A stretch of DNA of 64,000 nucleotides. Origin: Vicugna vicugna (lineage: Eukaryota). Location of the stretch: positions 657,038-721,037 of the forward strand of contig MU058233.1 of NCBI GenBank assembly GCA_013265495.1. Reading direction: 5' to 3'. This document shows, piece after piece, positions 1-11,800 of the stretch. The notes under the pieces are model-generated. The model was not told the origin of the DNA. It searched no databases and saw nothing but the letters and a program-made list of their open reading frames with translations. The translations under genes and the position numbers were made by a program. How positions within the stretch are numbered: position 1 is the first letter of the stretch; every line of letters begins with the position of its first letter.

Positions 1-62
1 TGTGGGCCCTCCTCTCCTGACCCTGCTGCCGCCATGCCTACGGTTCCTCTCTCTGCCCCCAG

Positions 63-196
63 CAGTATTACGAAGACGGAGCCCGAATCGAGGCCGCCTT
101 CCGGAACTACATCCACCGTGCGGACGCCAAGCAGCAGGAGGACAGCTACGAGATCTTCATCTGCCACGCCAACGTCATCCGCTACATCGTGTGCCG
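63..196 (+). CDS. PGAM5: PGAM5 mitochondrial Ser/Thr phosphatase, penultimate coding exon
   Basis: AG at 61-62, GT at 197-198; translates [44 protein letters not shown](R), a recognisable PGAM5 catalytic-domain segment. Confidence 0.96.
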
Positions 197-554
197 GTGA
201 GGGTCCCCTTAGTGCCCTGGGCCCGCCTCCCCTGCCAGCCTGCTCCAGGCCCGATCCGGGTGCTGCTAGGAGGAAGGGGTCAGGAAGAGGGGTGTCAGGC
301 AGGCCTGGGCCCACACGCGGCTCTGGGAGCTGGCACATCAGCTCTTTGACTAGGACGGTGCCCTGAAAGTGGTGACAGTGACGCTGAGACTTTAGAAAGC
401 AGTGTGGAGGTAGTCACTCCTTTGTCGGCAAAACCCTTGATGGGAGAATGTTGGGGCCTGCCCGGGGCGCCGCCCATCCGCCCGACACCGTTTGCTGACT
501 CACACATCGTCTTCGCTGTGCTGCGCTTTTCAGCAGATACCAACTGGGCCTTTT

Positions 555-670
555 ATTTTCAATGGGGATTTAATTTTTTTTTTTTAATGGGGATGTTTTT
601 AAATGGGGATTGAACCTTGTGCATGCTAAGCCTGTGCTCTACCACTGACCTAGCTCTACTCTCCCCACAA
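555..670 (-). mobile_element. tRNA-Ala-derived SINE (Vic-1-like), degenerate
   Basis: Reverse complement of ...cagtggtagagcacaggcttagcatgcacaaggttcaatcccc...; ggcctttt on both sides. Confidence 0.75.
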
Positions 671-1060
671 AAAGGCCTTTTTCTGAGTGTCAGAATGCTG
701 CTGGGCAGTGGGAGCCAGGGCAGTAGGGGACCTGCTGCGCTGCTTGGCTGCCCGCCCCCTCGTGCTTACACGGGTACGAAACCAGTGCGTTTCTGACTCG
801 CCTGCATGTCCTGAGTGGAGTTGATCCCCTGTCCCAGACAGGTCACCTCACCCTGCTGCGACCCATGGGTTGGTGTCGCCAAGCAGCTCCTTCCCGAGAA
901 ACCCCCTGCTGGGAAGCGGGAGGTACTCAGGGATGTGGCCCCTGCGCCAAGAAAGCCTACAGAGGCCTCCTTACCTGGGGCTGGGGCTCTGAGCCTCACC
1001 GAGACCCTGCCTGCCTCCCAGAGGAAGCCCTCATTCCTAGCACTTCTCTCCTTGGTCCAG

Positions 1061-1211
1061 GGCCCTGCAGTTCCCACCGGAAGGCTGGCTCCGCCTCTCC
1101 CTCAACAATGGCAGCATCACCCACCTGGTGGTCCGGCCAGATGGCCGCGTGGCACTCCGGGCCCTCGGGGACACAGGGTTCATGCCCCCGGACAAGATCT
1201 CGCGCTCCTGA
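1061..1211 (+). CDS. PGAM5: PGAM5 last coding exon
   Basis: AG at 1059-1060, phase matches previous exon; (R)[49 protein letters not shown] then TGA at 1209-1211. Confidence 0.96.
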
Positions 1212-2046
1212 GGGGCTCCCAGCCAGGCCCTGGCGTGGGTGCCACCGAGTACACAGGCTCCTCCCTCCATCTTCCCTCCACGGGCTTCGCTGTGGCCAGT
1301 CCCGTCACGCCAGGATGTGGCAGCGGAGCAGAAGTGTCCTGAACTTTTCAGTACTTGCGGCCCAGGACGGGCAAGGGAGACATTTGGGTCCGATCTGCTT
1401 GATTTCTTGCAGGGTCTCTGCCTCGCTCTTGTCCTGCAGGACGAGCCGCGGGGTCTTGGGGACTGGGTGAGGCCTCAGAAGCCATCCTGGTGGAGCTGCA
1501 GGGCCCCGTCAGCAAAGCCTGTCAGCAGAACTCGGGGAGGAGGGCGCCAGTGCTTCCTTCGTAACTTATTTCGCTTCACACATTTCTTTCCATTTCTTAA
1601 AACTCTGGTCACTTAACTATTTGTCAGTTAAGGATTTTCTGTATTTGGGTTCTTGCCTTGAAAACCAGTCTCTCACTTGAGTTACTCCCCAGATGCTGTT
1701 GGATCGGGGCTCAACTGTGTCATTAGGCCTTTGCGGACATGGGAGCCCCTGGCAGGTGAGGGCAGTGACGCACCTGAAGGTGTCGCAGGAGAGGGGCCAG
1801 GCAGCGGTGGCCCAGGAGGGGGTCTGGTTTCTATAAAATGTCTGACTCACAGTTCAGTCTTTGTTTGCCTCTGGTTGTTCATCTTTTGTGCTTATATTTA
1901 GATATGATGTATCCATCCCAAATTTCCATTAATATAGGGAAAACTACAGTTTCTGTGGAGTGGTTGTGAACATTTTCTGCAATCAGTGCAACTAATTAAT
2001 TAGGATATTTGATCCATTTCTCCGTCAACTTTGGAAATGACTACAA

Positions 2047-2052
2047 AATAAA
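2047..2052 (+). terminator. Probable PGAM5 polyadenylation signal
   Basis: AATAAA about 0.84 kb after the stop, followed by T/GT-rich sequence (ctggtttttt, gtgtttt). Confidence 0.65.
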
Positions 2053-3069
2053 ATTTTATTATACTGGTTTTTCAAAGTGCTGAGTGTTTTAAAGAGAACA
2101 AGAAGCCTGTGCAGCAGGACACACGGCAGCCCTGACTTGCTGAAACAGTTTTAGCAGGAGGCTCTTCTCCCCAGTGTTTTGTGGACCCTGGGCTGACGGT
2201 TTTGCTGGGTGGTCTGCCCACCAGGGCCTCAGTGAGAGGCCCTGACCCAGGACGGTGAGCTTGGTAAGAGGTTTTCTGAAAGCAGCAACCATGCAGCATT
2301 TTGTAGCGATAGTTCCAACAAGTTAGCCAGGGGCTGTGCTGACTTCCAAGACCAGAAAAGTCACAGGTGGCTTCCAGGTCTGGCCTCAGACCGTGGCGCC
2401 ACAGGTCCTGCCTCTCTGTTCCCTCAGGCCTGCACGGCCACCTCGTGCTCCAGTCACAGACCTGTCTTTCCAGTGGCATTTCCACCCTTTACACTTGACC
2501 TTTGAGAAGCAGGGCAGCATCTCAGGAATAGGAAACAAGCCCAGTGGGAGGAGGGTGTTTGGACCCCGTCATTTACGGGGCGCAGGGACATCATGCTGGA
2601 AACCGTCCCCTGAGGTGGGCCAGACTAGATGACTGGAAACTTCGGGAATGACAGTAATGCTACCCTAAGTTTGACTAAAAGGAAAACAGCCTTTAGAGAC
2701 CATGCAACACATGGGCCCCTGAACTGGCGCCAGGAGGAAGGGCCACAGGTTCCTCCTGCCTGTGTTGCTCCAACCACTCCCGCAAATAAACCACTGAGAT
2801 GACTGTACTGTTTAAGCAAAACACTGCTTAAAATTTTGCTAAAAAGGACATTTTGCCAAGGCAAGGGTGAGAGAGGTCTTTCTGAAAGCGTATGATTACC
2901 ATGTGGGTTTAAAAATAACTTATTTCATTAAGTAGTTTTAAAAAGACAAACCTGCCATAGGACACATGATGATGCATTCACTGCAACCAGGACCACCTCA
3001 TGTAAACGTGGAAAAATAGTCAAAGGCCTCAATTTGAGAAAACAGCCTGCAGAATTAGGGCAAACCACT

Positions 3070-3075
3070 TTTAAT
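3070..3075 (-). terminator. Candidate ANKLE2 polyadenylation signal (ATTAAA)
   Basis: Plus-strand tttaat is ATTAAA on -, about 1.5 kb past the stop; TGTA motif upstream and U-rich tract downstream on -. Confidence 0.4.
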
Positions 3076-4566
3076 TTCCACATGGACATTTACAACACAC
3101 AGGACAGCACAGCTGGACTTCGGAGAACACATCATCCCTATGAATATTCCTGTGTTGTGACTTCTCTGAGAACAGGTGCCTTTTAAACATGCCGTTTGGT
3201 TTTTAGAACAGAACGTAGTTTTCTGTCTTACAGCTAGAGCGTCTCTGCACCAAGTCGTACCACCCTGTGTAACAACCTTTTGAATTTTAAAACCTAAATC
3301 TTGGTTCCAATATTCCTGACCTATTATCTCGTTATTGTGTGAAGAAATAACACTTTAAAAAAACAAGTTTCACATCAGAATTTTTACAAATAAAAAAGCT
3401 CTTCTATGCCTACTTCCTATCCCTGTATATTCTCAAAAAGTCCAGGAGAATCGAAAGTGATTTACAAAAGGCACTGAAGTCGGCAGAAGCATTGGTAGTT
3501 TGCACTTTGGATCAAACACTGGAGATGTTCCCAGGATACTGCTTGTGTGTGAGCAGTGGTAACACCAGGGAGAAACCAGACCTCAGCTTGGCGTCCTTGG
3601 CATGCGGTGCTACGTGGATTCCCAGGCTCTATGCACACAGACCCTGCGGGAGGCAGAGCCACGGGGAAGGCTGAGATAAACCCACGCTAGGGTAACGAAA
3701 CCCAGATCAGACACACCCCCTGAAGCAAAGCTTTAGTTTCTGTACTAAAATGTGACACTCTTTTCTGAAATGAATTCTAGCATACGGGATACGTTTCAAA
3801 ACTAGGGAACAGTTTGATTTTATCACCACTGCATTGGCAGCTAAACAAGGTGCACCGTGAAAGGTCAAGTGCTGGTGAAAAACATCTTGTAGTGACCACT
3901 GGTGCATGAGTTCTGTGTTTGCACGACTCCCAATGGCTCAATTTTTTCTGAGTGAAAAGGTAGTTTTATCTTCTGGTCACCCAGTTAAAGGTTTACAGTG
4001 ACTAAAATTCCGAGTGTTGCTGCAAGTCTAAGACATTCAAGGTCCACTGGGTCCCGGACGTCCACGTCACCGCTTTGACCAATGAGATCGACAGGCAAAG
4101 CCAAGGAGGATTTTCTATCAGGAACTAGAAAGTCAAAGACCCTCCCTGGAAAAGGAAGACGGTGCAGAAATCACCTTTTTCTTAAGAACAGAGTTGCAGC
4201 GAGCGCAGCTGCTGGCGGAATGCTGCCGCCGCCAACGGGGCGCTCACTGGCCATCTGGCGAGCTGGCAGCCCGAGCCCTCCTCTGTCTCGTGTGCAACTA
4301 GGGACGGCTAACTGAAGTCTGTGTCGTCACCACGCAGACAGGTTTCAGGAAATCTGATCTGTGTGTGCTTTCATCAACTTCTCACAAAGCTGATTTTTAT
4401 ACAGAATGTTGGCATTCTCTAAAACTGTTCCCCTCTAAACAAGAATTGATAAATCAGAATACATGTATGTTTTTGTGTGTGTGTGTGTGAAATTTTAGCA
4501 ATAAGCACATTACCTTTCTGTCTTTAAAAGTGAAGGGGGAACCAAGAGCCCCACAGCACTCAGGCC

Positions 4567-4789
4567 CTACAAGACGGGGAGTGGGCCCAGGCGCGCCATC
4601 CTGCGGAGGTGGCCCCTGTTTGCGGGGCTGTAGCGCCCGGGGCTGCCTGGGCCGGGGGAGTGGGGAGCGGGGCCAGGCTTCCCGGGGCTGCCTGCCACGG
4701 GGCTGCTCCTGCCGGGGCTGCCGCTGGGAGCACAGCCAAGATCCAGCAGCTGCGACTTCACCTTCCCTTTCAGCGCGGGGCTCGGCCAG
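4567..4789 (-). CDS. ANKLE2: ANKLE2 coding exon 13 (last)
   Basis: ttccccag|[23 protein letters not shown]...[12 protein letters not shown] then TAG. Confidence 0.92.
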
Positions 4790-5152
4790 CTGGGGAACCA
4801 GGAGCGGTCAGTCAGCACAGACAGTTGAACAGGATGGGGAAGGCAGAGGCCACCACAGAACTTGGGCCCCTGCACCCAAGCCTGGGGAGCCCTGCAGCTC
4901 CGAAAAGAGGTGCCTCAAACCTCAGAACCAGGGGCCTTGAAGGCGGAAAGCTCATACTATTTCCCCCTCGAGTCGAGTGACCCTGAGCAGGAATCCCTGC
5001 CCCTCCCATCCCTGTGCCCCCCAACTTGCCTGTCAGCACTGCCCCTCCTGCCAGCGTGGCCGATAGGTCTTCTATGTTCCAGACGAACCCTCCCGAGAAC
5101 CCAGCTCCCGATACCCCACGTGACAGGCAGATTGCCTCCGAGTCCCTGGTAC

Positions 5153-5284
5153 CTCTGTCTGTCTGCGGGCGGGTAGCACAGCACGGCGCCCCTCCACCGG
5201 TGCACAGCCGGGTACTGCCGAGGGTCCACGTCCGCACACTCAAGAGCAGCCAGAACGTCGCGATCCAGCTTGGATGGCTCTTCT
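5153..5284 (-). CDS. ANKLE2: ANKLE2 coding exon 12
   Basis: AG/GT bounded, 132 nt; [43 protein letters not shown]. Confidence 0.94.
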
Positions 5285-5876
5285 CTAGAAGGTACGAGGA
5301 AACACAGAAGCAGCCATGGTTACAAACTCAGATGTCTAGCAGCACACATCCTGGAGAACTGGAGGAGGACCAGGCGGCGTGGGAGTCGGCCCGTCACCAC
5401 CAGCTGTCAGGGCTGTGGTCCAGGCTGCGAGCAGCCCAGGCAGGGCAGCGGAGGGGATGCGGGGAGGAGCCCTGGACCTGCCATGCTCTGAAAGCATGTT
5501 TGTTCTGCATAAACCCCCTTCAGGCCACAGAGCATCCTGGGGCTGGGGACAGCCCATCAGCCGGGGGCCTGGGACTGACCCTGAGGGGTCTTTCTTCCTA
5601 AAACAAACTAAACTCCTAGGACAGCTCAGTCATCCTGGGGACAACCGCTTCCTAGGAAGTATAGGGATGGGGGGATGGGCCAGAAAGGAGGATGCCATCT
5701 TCCACGACTTAGAAGACGGTAGAGGAGCATCAAGAAGCTACAAACTGGAGAGAGGGAAGGAAACTGCCCATCAGTCAGGCTGTGAGCAGAGGAGCGGCCA
5801 ATGGGCCCCCAACAGCGGCCCTGGTGCCCACACCCCACACCCCCCAGCACCACCGTGTGCACACCCCAGCTCGTAC

Positions 5877-6492
5877 CCCAAAAGGAAGAGCCTCTGTCTG
5901 GGCTCCTGCGAGGCGGGGACCCCTGAGGGCTCCAGAGGTGCGAAGCTGCAGCCATGGTGGGCCTCAAGCCCAGGACTCCTGGGGCCCAGGCACATTTTAG
6001 CAATTCCAGCTGACATTTCGTTTTCTGTCCTTATTTGGTTATTTCCAAGTTTGTCGGCAGCAAGCGGTTCTAACCAGTCATTCTCTCCTGTGTTCCCGTT
6101 TGATGCTGGGGTCTTTGCACTTTCATCTGGTGTCTTAGAAAAGCCACTTCCTAGATTCTGTAAATTCAGTTTATGGAACTCAGCAGCCAGGCCGGAGACA
6201 GGTGACAGGAGGGCCCCCTCCCCATTCAGGGCCTCGGGCCTCTTCTCACGGCTCAGGCGGCCGCACAGCCTGTGTCCGCTGCTGCGAGGGCTGGTCGGGG
6301 CGGGGGCCTCCACAGGGCTGGTATGTTCCCAGGAAGGGTCGTCACATCCTGAGCCTCCGAGGGCAGCGCCCGGGGGCCGGCTGCCGTTTGGAGCCGAGCT
6401 CTCCCGGGTTTTGGTCTCTTCCACGCTCACGCCATCGTCCCCGTCTAGAAAGGCCCTCACAGAGACGGAGTTGCTGCACCTCTGGTGACGGC
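5877..6492 (-). CDS. ANKLE2: ANKLE2 coding exon 11
   Basis: ccccatag|GC ... TTG GG|gtac, 616 nt, frame consistent; SNSVSVRAFLD...EFHKLNLQNLG...QRLFLLG. Confidence 0.9.
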
Positions 6493-6779
6493 CTATGGGG
6501 ACAGAGGGCGGCTCTCAGGGGCGAGAGAAACGGACCCTGTGCTGCCATCAGCACAGCCGCGAACCTCTCCATAGCAAGTCCCCCACACTCAAAGTCCCCT
6601 CCTCAGATTCCAAGACAGAAAACCCCTTGGGCTGCTCCCTGTAAGTGGCAGGCGGGACCCAACAAAGAGAAATACAGCCTCTGGGCCCGGGTGGCCTCCC
6701 CCAAGGCAGGAAAACGAGCAGGAGGCTGCGGTGGGGCTGGGCCTGAGACCCCCAGCAGGAGAGGCCGCAGACAGCTCAC

Positions 6780-6973
6780 CCGGGGGGGCCGAAGCGTTGT
6801 CCTGGCAGCAGGCTCCGTCTTCTCCCATGCCGTATTGGGGCTTTTTGCCTACTTCCTGCTGAGTAAGATATTCTTCTAGTTTTTGCAGGCCTGCCTGGGA
6901 AGACAGATCAACAAAACAGCCCAGAAAGTCCCAGTACTCGACCCAGGGGTACCCCAGCTCGTGGGCCAGCTCC
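6780..6973 (-). CDS. ANKLE2: ANKLE2 coding exon 10
   Basis: AG/GT bounded; [36 protein letters not shown]. Confidence 0.95.
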
Positions 6974-7809
6974 CTGTAAGAATAAAGCACAATGACCACT
7001 TGTGAGACCAGAACAACACCCACAGAACTGACTAGGCAGGAGACAGCGCCTGATTCTGGAAGTGGCGGGACAGCCCCTGCAATCCTGGTGGAGACTCTAC
7101 ATGATCCTCTGCTTGGGGCTAAAGGCGCACTCTCGGTTTTCTGAAGGGGCGCCCCTCCCGGGGTCAGGCTGAGCACAGCCTTGCTCTCGGGCTCCGTCGT
7201 GGTTGGGAGTGAGCCAAGGTCACCGGGGAGAAAGGAGACCCCAGCCACAACACACCCTTCACACCGACACATTCAAGAGGGAGGAAAGGCCAAACCACTC
7301 CACTGACAGAAGACATCCTGGTTTTCATAAAACAACTGTATAAAGTTGGAGATGATTCTGGTTTGGGCCAGACATAAAAATTCTAAAGTCCTTTCCACTT
7401 GCAAGCGGAAAACCTGAAACCGGGCACATATTTTGAGAAAAGTTCACATAAATTAGCTTCTCGACTGTAGACAAAATCCTTTCCAGGGGCTTCTCTGACT
7501 AGGACTTTCTGGCCACACCCACCTCGTGTGTTCACTTCCCTATTCATCATGGGGCACCTTCCACCACACACTGTAGCGCCCTTGGACCCCCCTTGCCCCC
7601 GCAGGACCATACTGACAGAGACTTGTGCTGCACAAGCCGCGCTGTGCACGTCTGCAAGGAACTCGGCCTGAGAGGCTTTAGAACCTCCCAGGAAACACCT
7701 GGGAACTACCTCTGAAAGCAGCTGCACTTCCCCCACAACCTCCAGACAAGCACACGGCGGGCCACGCAACAGCACCATGGCTCCTCGTCCCTTCATGCCC
7801 TTTAAGTAC

Positions 7810-7916
7810 CTTCCCACTCTCTCGATGCCTCTTTCTGGATCAGATTTCCTGACGTTGTGAAAGAAGCCCGCTTTCTCTCGCGGTGGGGTCTTCCAGAGTC
7901 GGCGAAAGTCTTCTGC
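7810..7916 (-). CDS. ANKLE2: ANKLE2 coding exon 9
   Basis: AG/GT bounded, 107 nt; [36 protein letters not shown] (not in the ORF track, read manually). Confidence 0.95.
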
Positions 7917-8658
7917 CTACAAAAACTTGTGCTGAGCTGTGCTGTGCCCCGTGGTCCCTAGGCCCACCTGTCCCAGAGCCAAGACAGCACATTCCAGAGA
8001 TGACCGGGGTGTGGGGGGGTGCTCTGACAAGGTCCCGTGAGGGGAGGGGGAGGCCCTGGGCTGGACTGAGGGTCAGAGTCACACCAGGGCTGCCACCCCA
8101 AGGGCCTCGAGCCATTTCCCCACTGCACAAGAAGAAAATAAACGTTCATGCTTTTTACGCTGTATGTGGCTAACTCTAATCCTGACATTTTTACAGTCTC
8201 AGGTAACTAATTGTCTAGAACTTTCATTTACCAAGATTATATACAGGTCAGCGTATGAAATGTCTTGGTCTGGAAGGAACTTCAGTCTGCAAATAAAGTT
8301 TCCTAGTGACAATACAAATCCAAGAATACTTGAAGGGACAGCCTAGCCAGCCCAGCACAGTGCTGAGAAGGGCCACCAACATGGATGGGAGCAGGTGCCG
8401 ACAGCGTGGGGAGGGTTGGCCAGGGACACCTTGCCTCTTGGAAGTATGGGCTCACCACACAGCCGCCCTGGCTAACCAGTGAAGAACAGGGTCAAGACAC
8501 TTGTTCTTCCAGCAAAAGTTCTGAAGCCTCTGACAACTCACTGAGATTCCACGAGACCTGGTCTCTAAGGACCAGAACAAAGCAAGAGGCTGGAACAACC
8601 CAATGCTTCTGTTGGGGACAGCCAGGAGCTGCTTCCAGAAGCTTCCACAGAAGCTCAC

Positions 8659-8831
8659 CTTGGACGGACTCAGGGGCCCCACAAAGGCTCGCAGGGTCAG
8701 AACGGGGTCCCTGGGGCCGCCTCCACTGTGGCTGACGTGAGAGGCCTCGTTGGTCTGGTCTGAAGACCACAGCTCCCCGATCACTGGAGAAGATGTATCC
8801 TCTGCTCTCAGGAGGGGCACATAATAGTGAC
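8659..8831 (-). CDS. ANKLE2: ANKLE2 coding exon 8
   Basis: AG/GT bounded, 173 nt; [22 protein letters not shown]...[12 protein letters not shown]. Confidence 0.95.
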
Positions 8832-9838
8832 CTGCAGGAGGAAACACACCAGGACTCAACCGCCTGCCTGGGCTGCCCCCAGCTCAGTGGACGTTCGCCA
8901 CCCTACAGGCCCCGCATGGGGTCTGTGGTAACAGTAGTAAGAAGGCCGCAGAAGCTCTGGAGCTAAAGGACCTGGGCAAGAGGCCAGGGTGCGCCGCCCC
9001 GCACTGAACACGCCCGCGTTCCTCCGCTGAGAAGCAGGAAGGAAGTGGCAGCAGGTTCTTATGCGGACTGAGAGCGGGACCAGGGGCATGATCAGCACGG
9101 GGAGCACTTGAACCTCCCCACTCCCTTTTGTGTATCTTAGTGTCTGTTGCTGAATCCAAGACACTTTGCCAGTCCAGGTGGGACAGTGTGGCGTGAGCGC
9201 ACCCAGAAGAGCAGGGAGGCGGGCCTCAGCCACCCCTGCGGCCCATGGAGCAAGGTGGGCGGACAGGGACGCCAGCCAACAGAGGAGCGGAGTCCGGCCC
9301 ACGGGGAGGCCAGATCTCTGCTGCAGTGTCATCCCACGAGCGGCACCACCGGGCTTCTGGCGAAAGGGCACAGGACAGGTGCTTCCGCGGCCGGCTTCCC
9401 AAACTCACTGGAGCAGCTCAGAGGACGCCGCTGGGAAAAACCCTTCCCGCAGGCTGCCACCTTCCCCCCGAAGCCTGCACGCCAGGAGATGCCAATGCCA
9501 AGGCCCGCACGCTCCGGACCAGGGGCGCGAGACCAGAGAAAGCACTGGCAAAGCTTGCGGAGCTGAGCAGGAGGGGCACGGGGCACAGTCTCAAAACCCA
9601 GGGCCGCAGAGGCAGAGGCCACAAGAGGGGTGCCGGCAAAGGAGCTGGAGGAGGGGCAGGGCCTAGGGCAGCGGCTGTGGGGTGACAGGGCCAGCAGGGA
9701 CCCACCCACCAGCCGACCTACCCCTTCCCGCCCGAGGGGCTCAGGGCAGCCGCCCCCCTCCACCTGAAAAGAAGGGGCCACAGACACCTGCAAGACAGGC
9801 CTGCAGAGGTTGAGGGCCGAGGCCATGAGCCACAGTCA

Positions 9839-10063
<225 letters not shown>

Positions 10064-10078
10064 CTATTTTAAAGAAGA

Positions 10079-10222
10079 GGGGAGGGTATAGCTAAGTGGT
10101 AGAGCGTGTGCTTAGCATGCAAAAGGTCCTGGGTTCAATCCCCAGTACCTCCATCAAAAAATAAACAATAATAATAATATAAATAAATAAACCTAATTAC
10201 CTCTCCCCCCACCAAAAAAAAA
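10079..10222 (+). mobile_element. tRNA-Ala-derived SINE (Vic-1-like)
   Basis: ggggagggtatagctaagtggtagag...gggttcaatccccagtacctcca, then aaataaacctaattacctc tail and A tract. Confidence 0.9.
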
Positions 10223-10367
10223 GAGAGTAAGTGAACACTCTAAATCTAATTTACCACATTTTATTATCATTAAAATGATTTTTAAAAGCAAGCTGTAACG
10301 TCAACAAAACAAGGATAGTATCCTAATGCTGAATACTGCATAAGCCCACCATCAAAAAATGTGCTCT

Positions 10368-11800
10368 GAGAATGGAGCGCCCAGAAGTAAACACACCTAC
10401 GGTCAGTTAATCTCCAACAAAGGAGACAAGAATATACCATGGAGAAAAGGCAGTCCCTTCAGCAAGTAGTGTTGGGAAAGCTGGACAGCAGCATATAAAT
10501 CAATAAAATCAGAACACTCCCTCACACCACACATAAAAATAAACTCACGATGGCTTAAACACTTAAATAAAGGCAAGACACCATAAAACTCCTAGAAAAG
10601 AACACAGGCAAAACATTCTCTGACATAAAGCTCAGCAATGTTCTCCTAGGGCAGTCTACCTAGGCAATAGAAATAAGAGCAAAAATTAACAAATGGGATC
10701 TAATGAAACTCGTAAGCTTTTGCACAGCAAAGGAAACCATAAACAAAACGAAAAGACAACCTACAGAATGGGAGAAAGTATTTGCAAATGATGTGACTGA
10801 CAAGGGACTAACTTCCAACATATACAAACAGCTCATACAACTCAGTACCACAGAAACAACCAACCCGATCAAAAAATGGGCAGAAGACCTAAATAGTTAT
10901 TTTTCCAAAGAAGACAAATAGATGGCCAATAGGCACATGAAAAAATGCTCAATATTGCTAATTATCAGAAAAGTGCAAACCAAAACTACAATCAGGTATC
11001 ACTTCACAGTGGTCAGAACGGCCATCATTAAAAAGTCCACAAATGCCGCAGAGGGTACAGGGAAAATGGAACTCTCCTACACTGTTGGTGGGAAGGTAGT
11101 TTGGTGCAGCCATTATAGAAAACAGTACACAGGTTCCTTGAAAAACTAAAAATAAGAGTTACTGTATGATCCATCAATCCCACTCCTGGGTATGTATCTG
11201 GAGGAAACTCTACTTTGAAAAGGTACCTGCACCCCAATGTTCACAGCAGCACTATTTACAACAGCCAAGACATAGAAACAACCTAAATGTCCATCGACAG
11301 ATGACTGGGTAAAGAAGATGTGGTATATTTATACATAACGGAATACTACTCAGCCATAAAAAATAATGAAATAATGCCATTACAGCAACAAGGATGGACC
11401 TAGAAATTATCATAGTAAGTGAAATAAGTCAGACAGACAAAGACAAACACCATATGATATCACTTACATGGGATATGAATCTAAAATATGACACAAATGA
11501 ACTTATTTATGAAACAGAAACAGACTCACAGACACAGAAAACATACTTATGCCTACCAGGGGGGAGGGGGGGAGAGGAGAGATAAACTGGGAGTCTGGGA
11601 TTAGCAGGTACAAAGTGCTAGATACGTAACAGATAAACAACAAGGTCCTGCTGTACAGCACAGGGAACTGTACTCAATATCCTGTATAAACCATAGTAGA
11701 AAAGGATCTGAAAAAGAACACATGCAACTGAATCCCTCTGCGATACACCAGAAACTAACACAATATTGTAAATCAATGCTACTTCAACAGAAAAAAATTT
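10368..11800 (+). mobile_element. LINE-1 3' fragment (ORF2 C-terminus and 3' UTR)
   Basis: Broken ORF2 peptides ([51 protein letters not shown]); 3' end tacttcaa plus A tract. Confidence 0.93.

Noticed and set aside
5379..6488. 369-aa plus-strand ORF
   Set aside because: Antisense shadow of ANKLE2 exon 11 and adjacent GC-rich intron; non-ATG start and no recognisable domain.
10079..10153. tRNA-Ala(AGC)-like sequences here and at other SINE heads as true tRNA genes
   Set aside because: They carry stem mismatches, SINE tails, polyA and target-site duplications, so they are retroposed SINEs.
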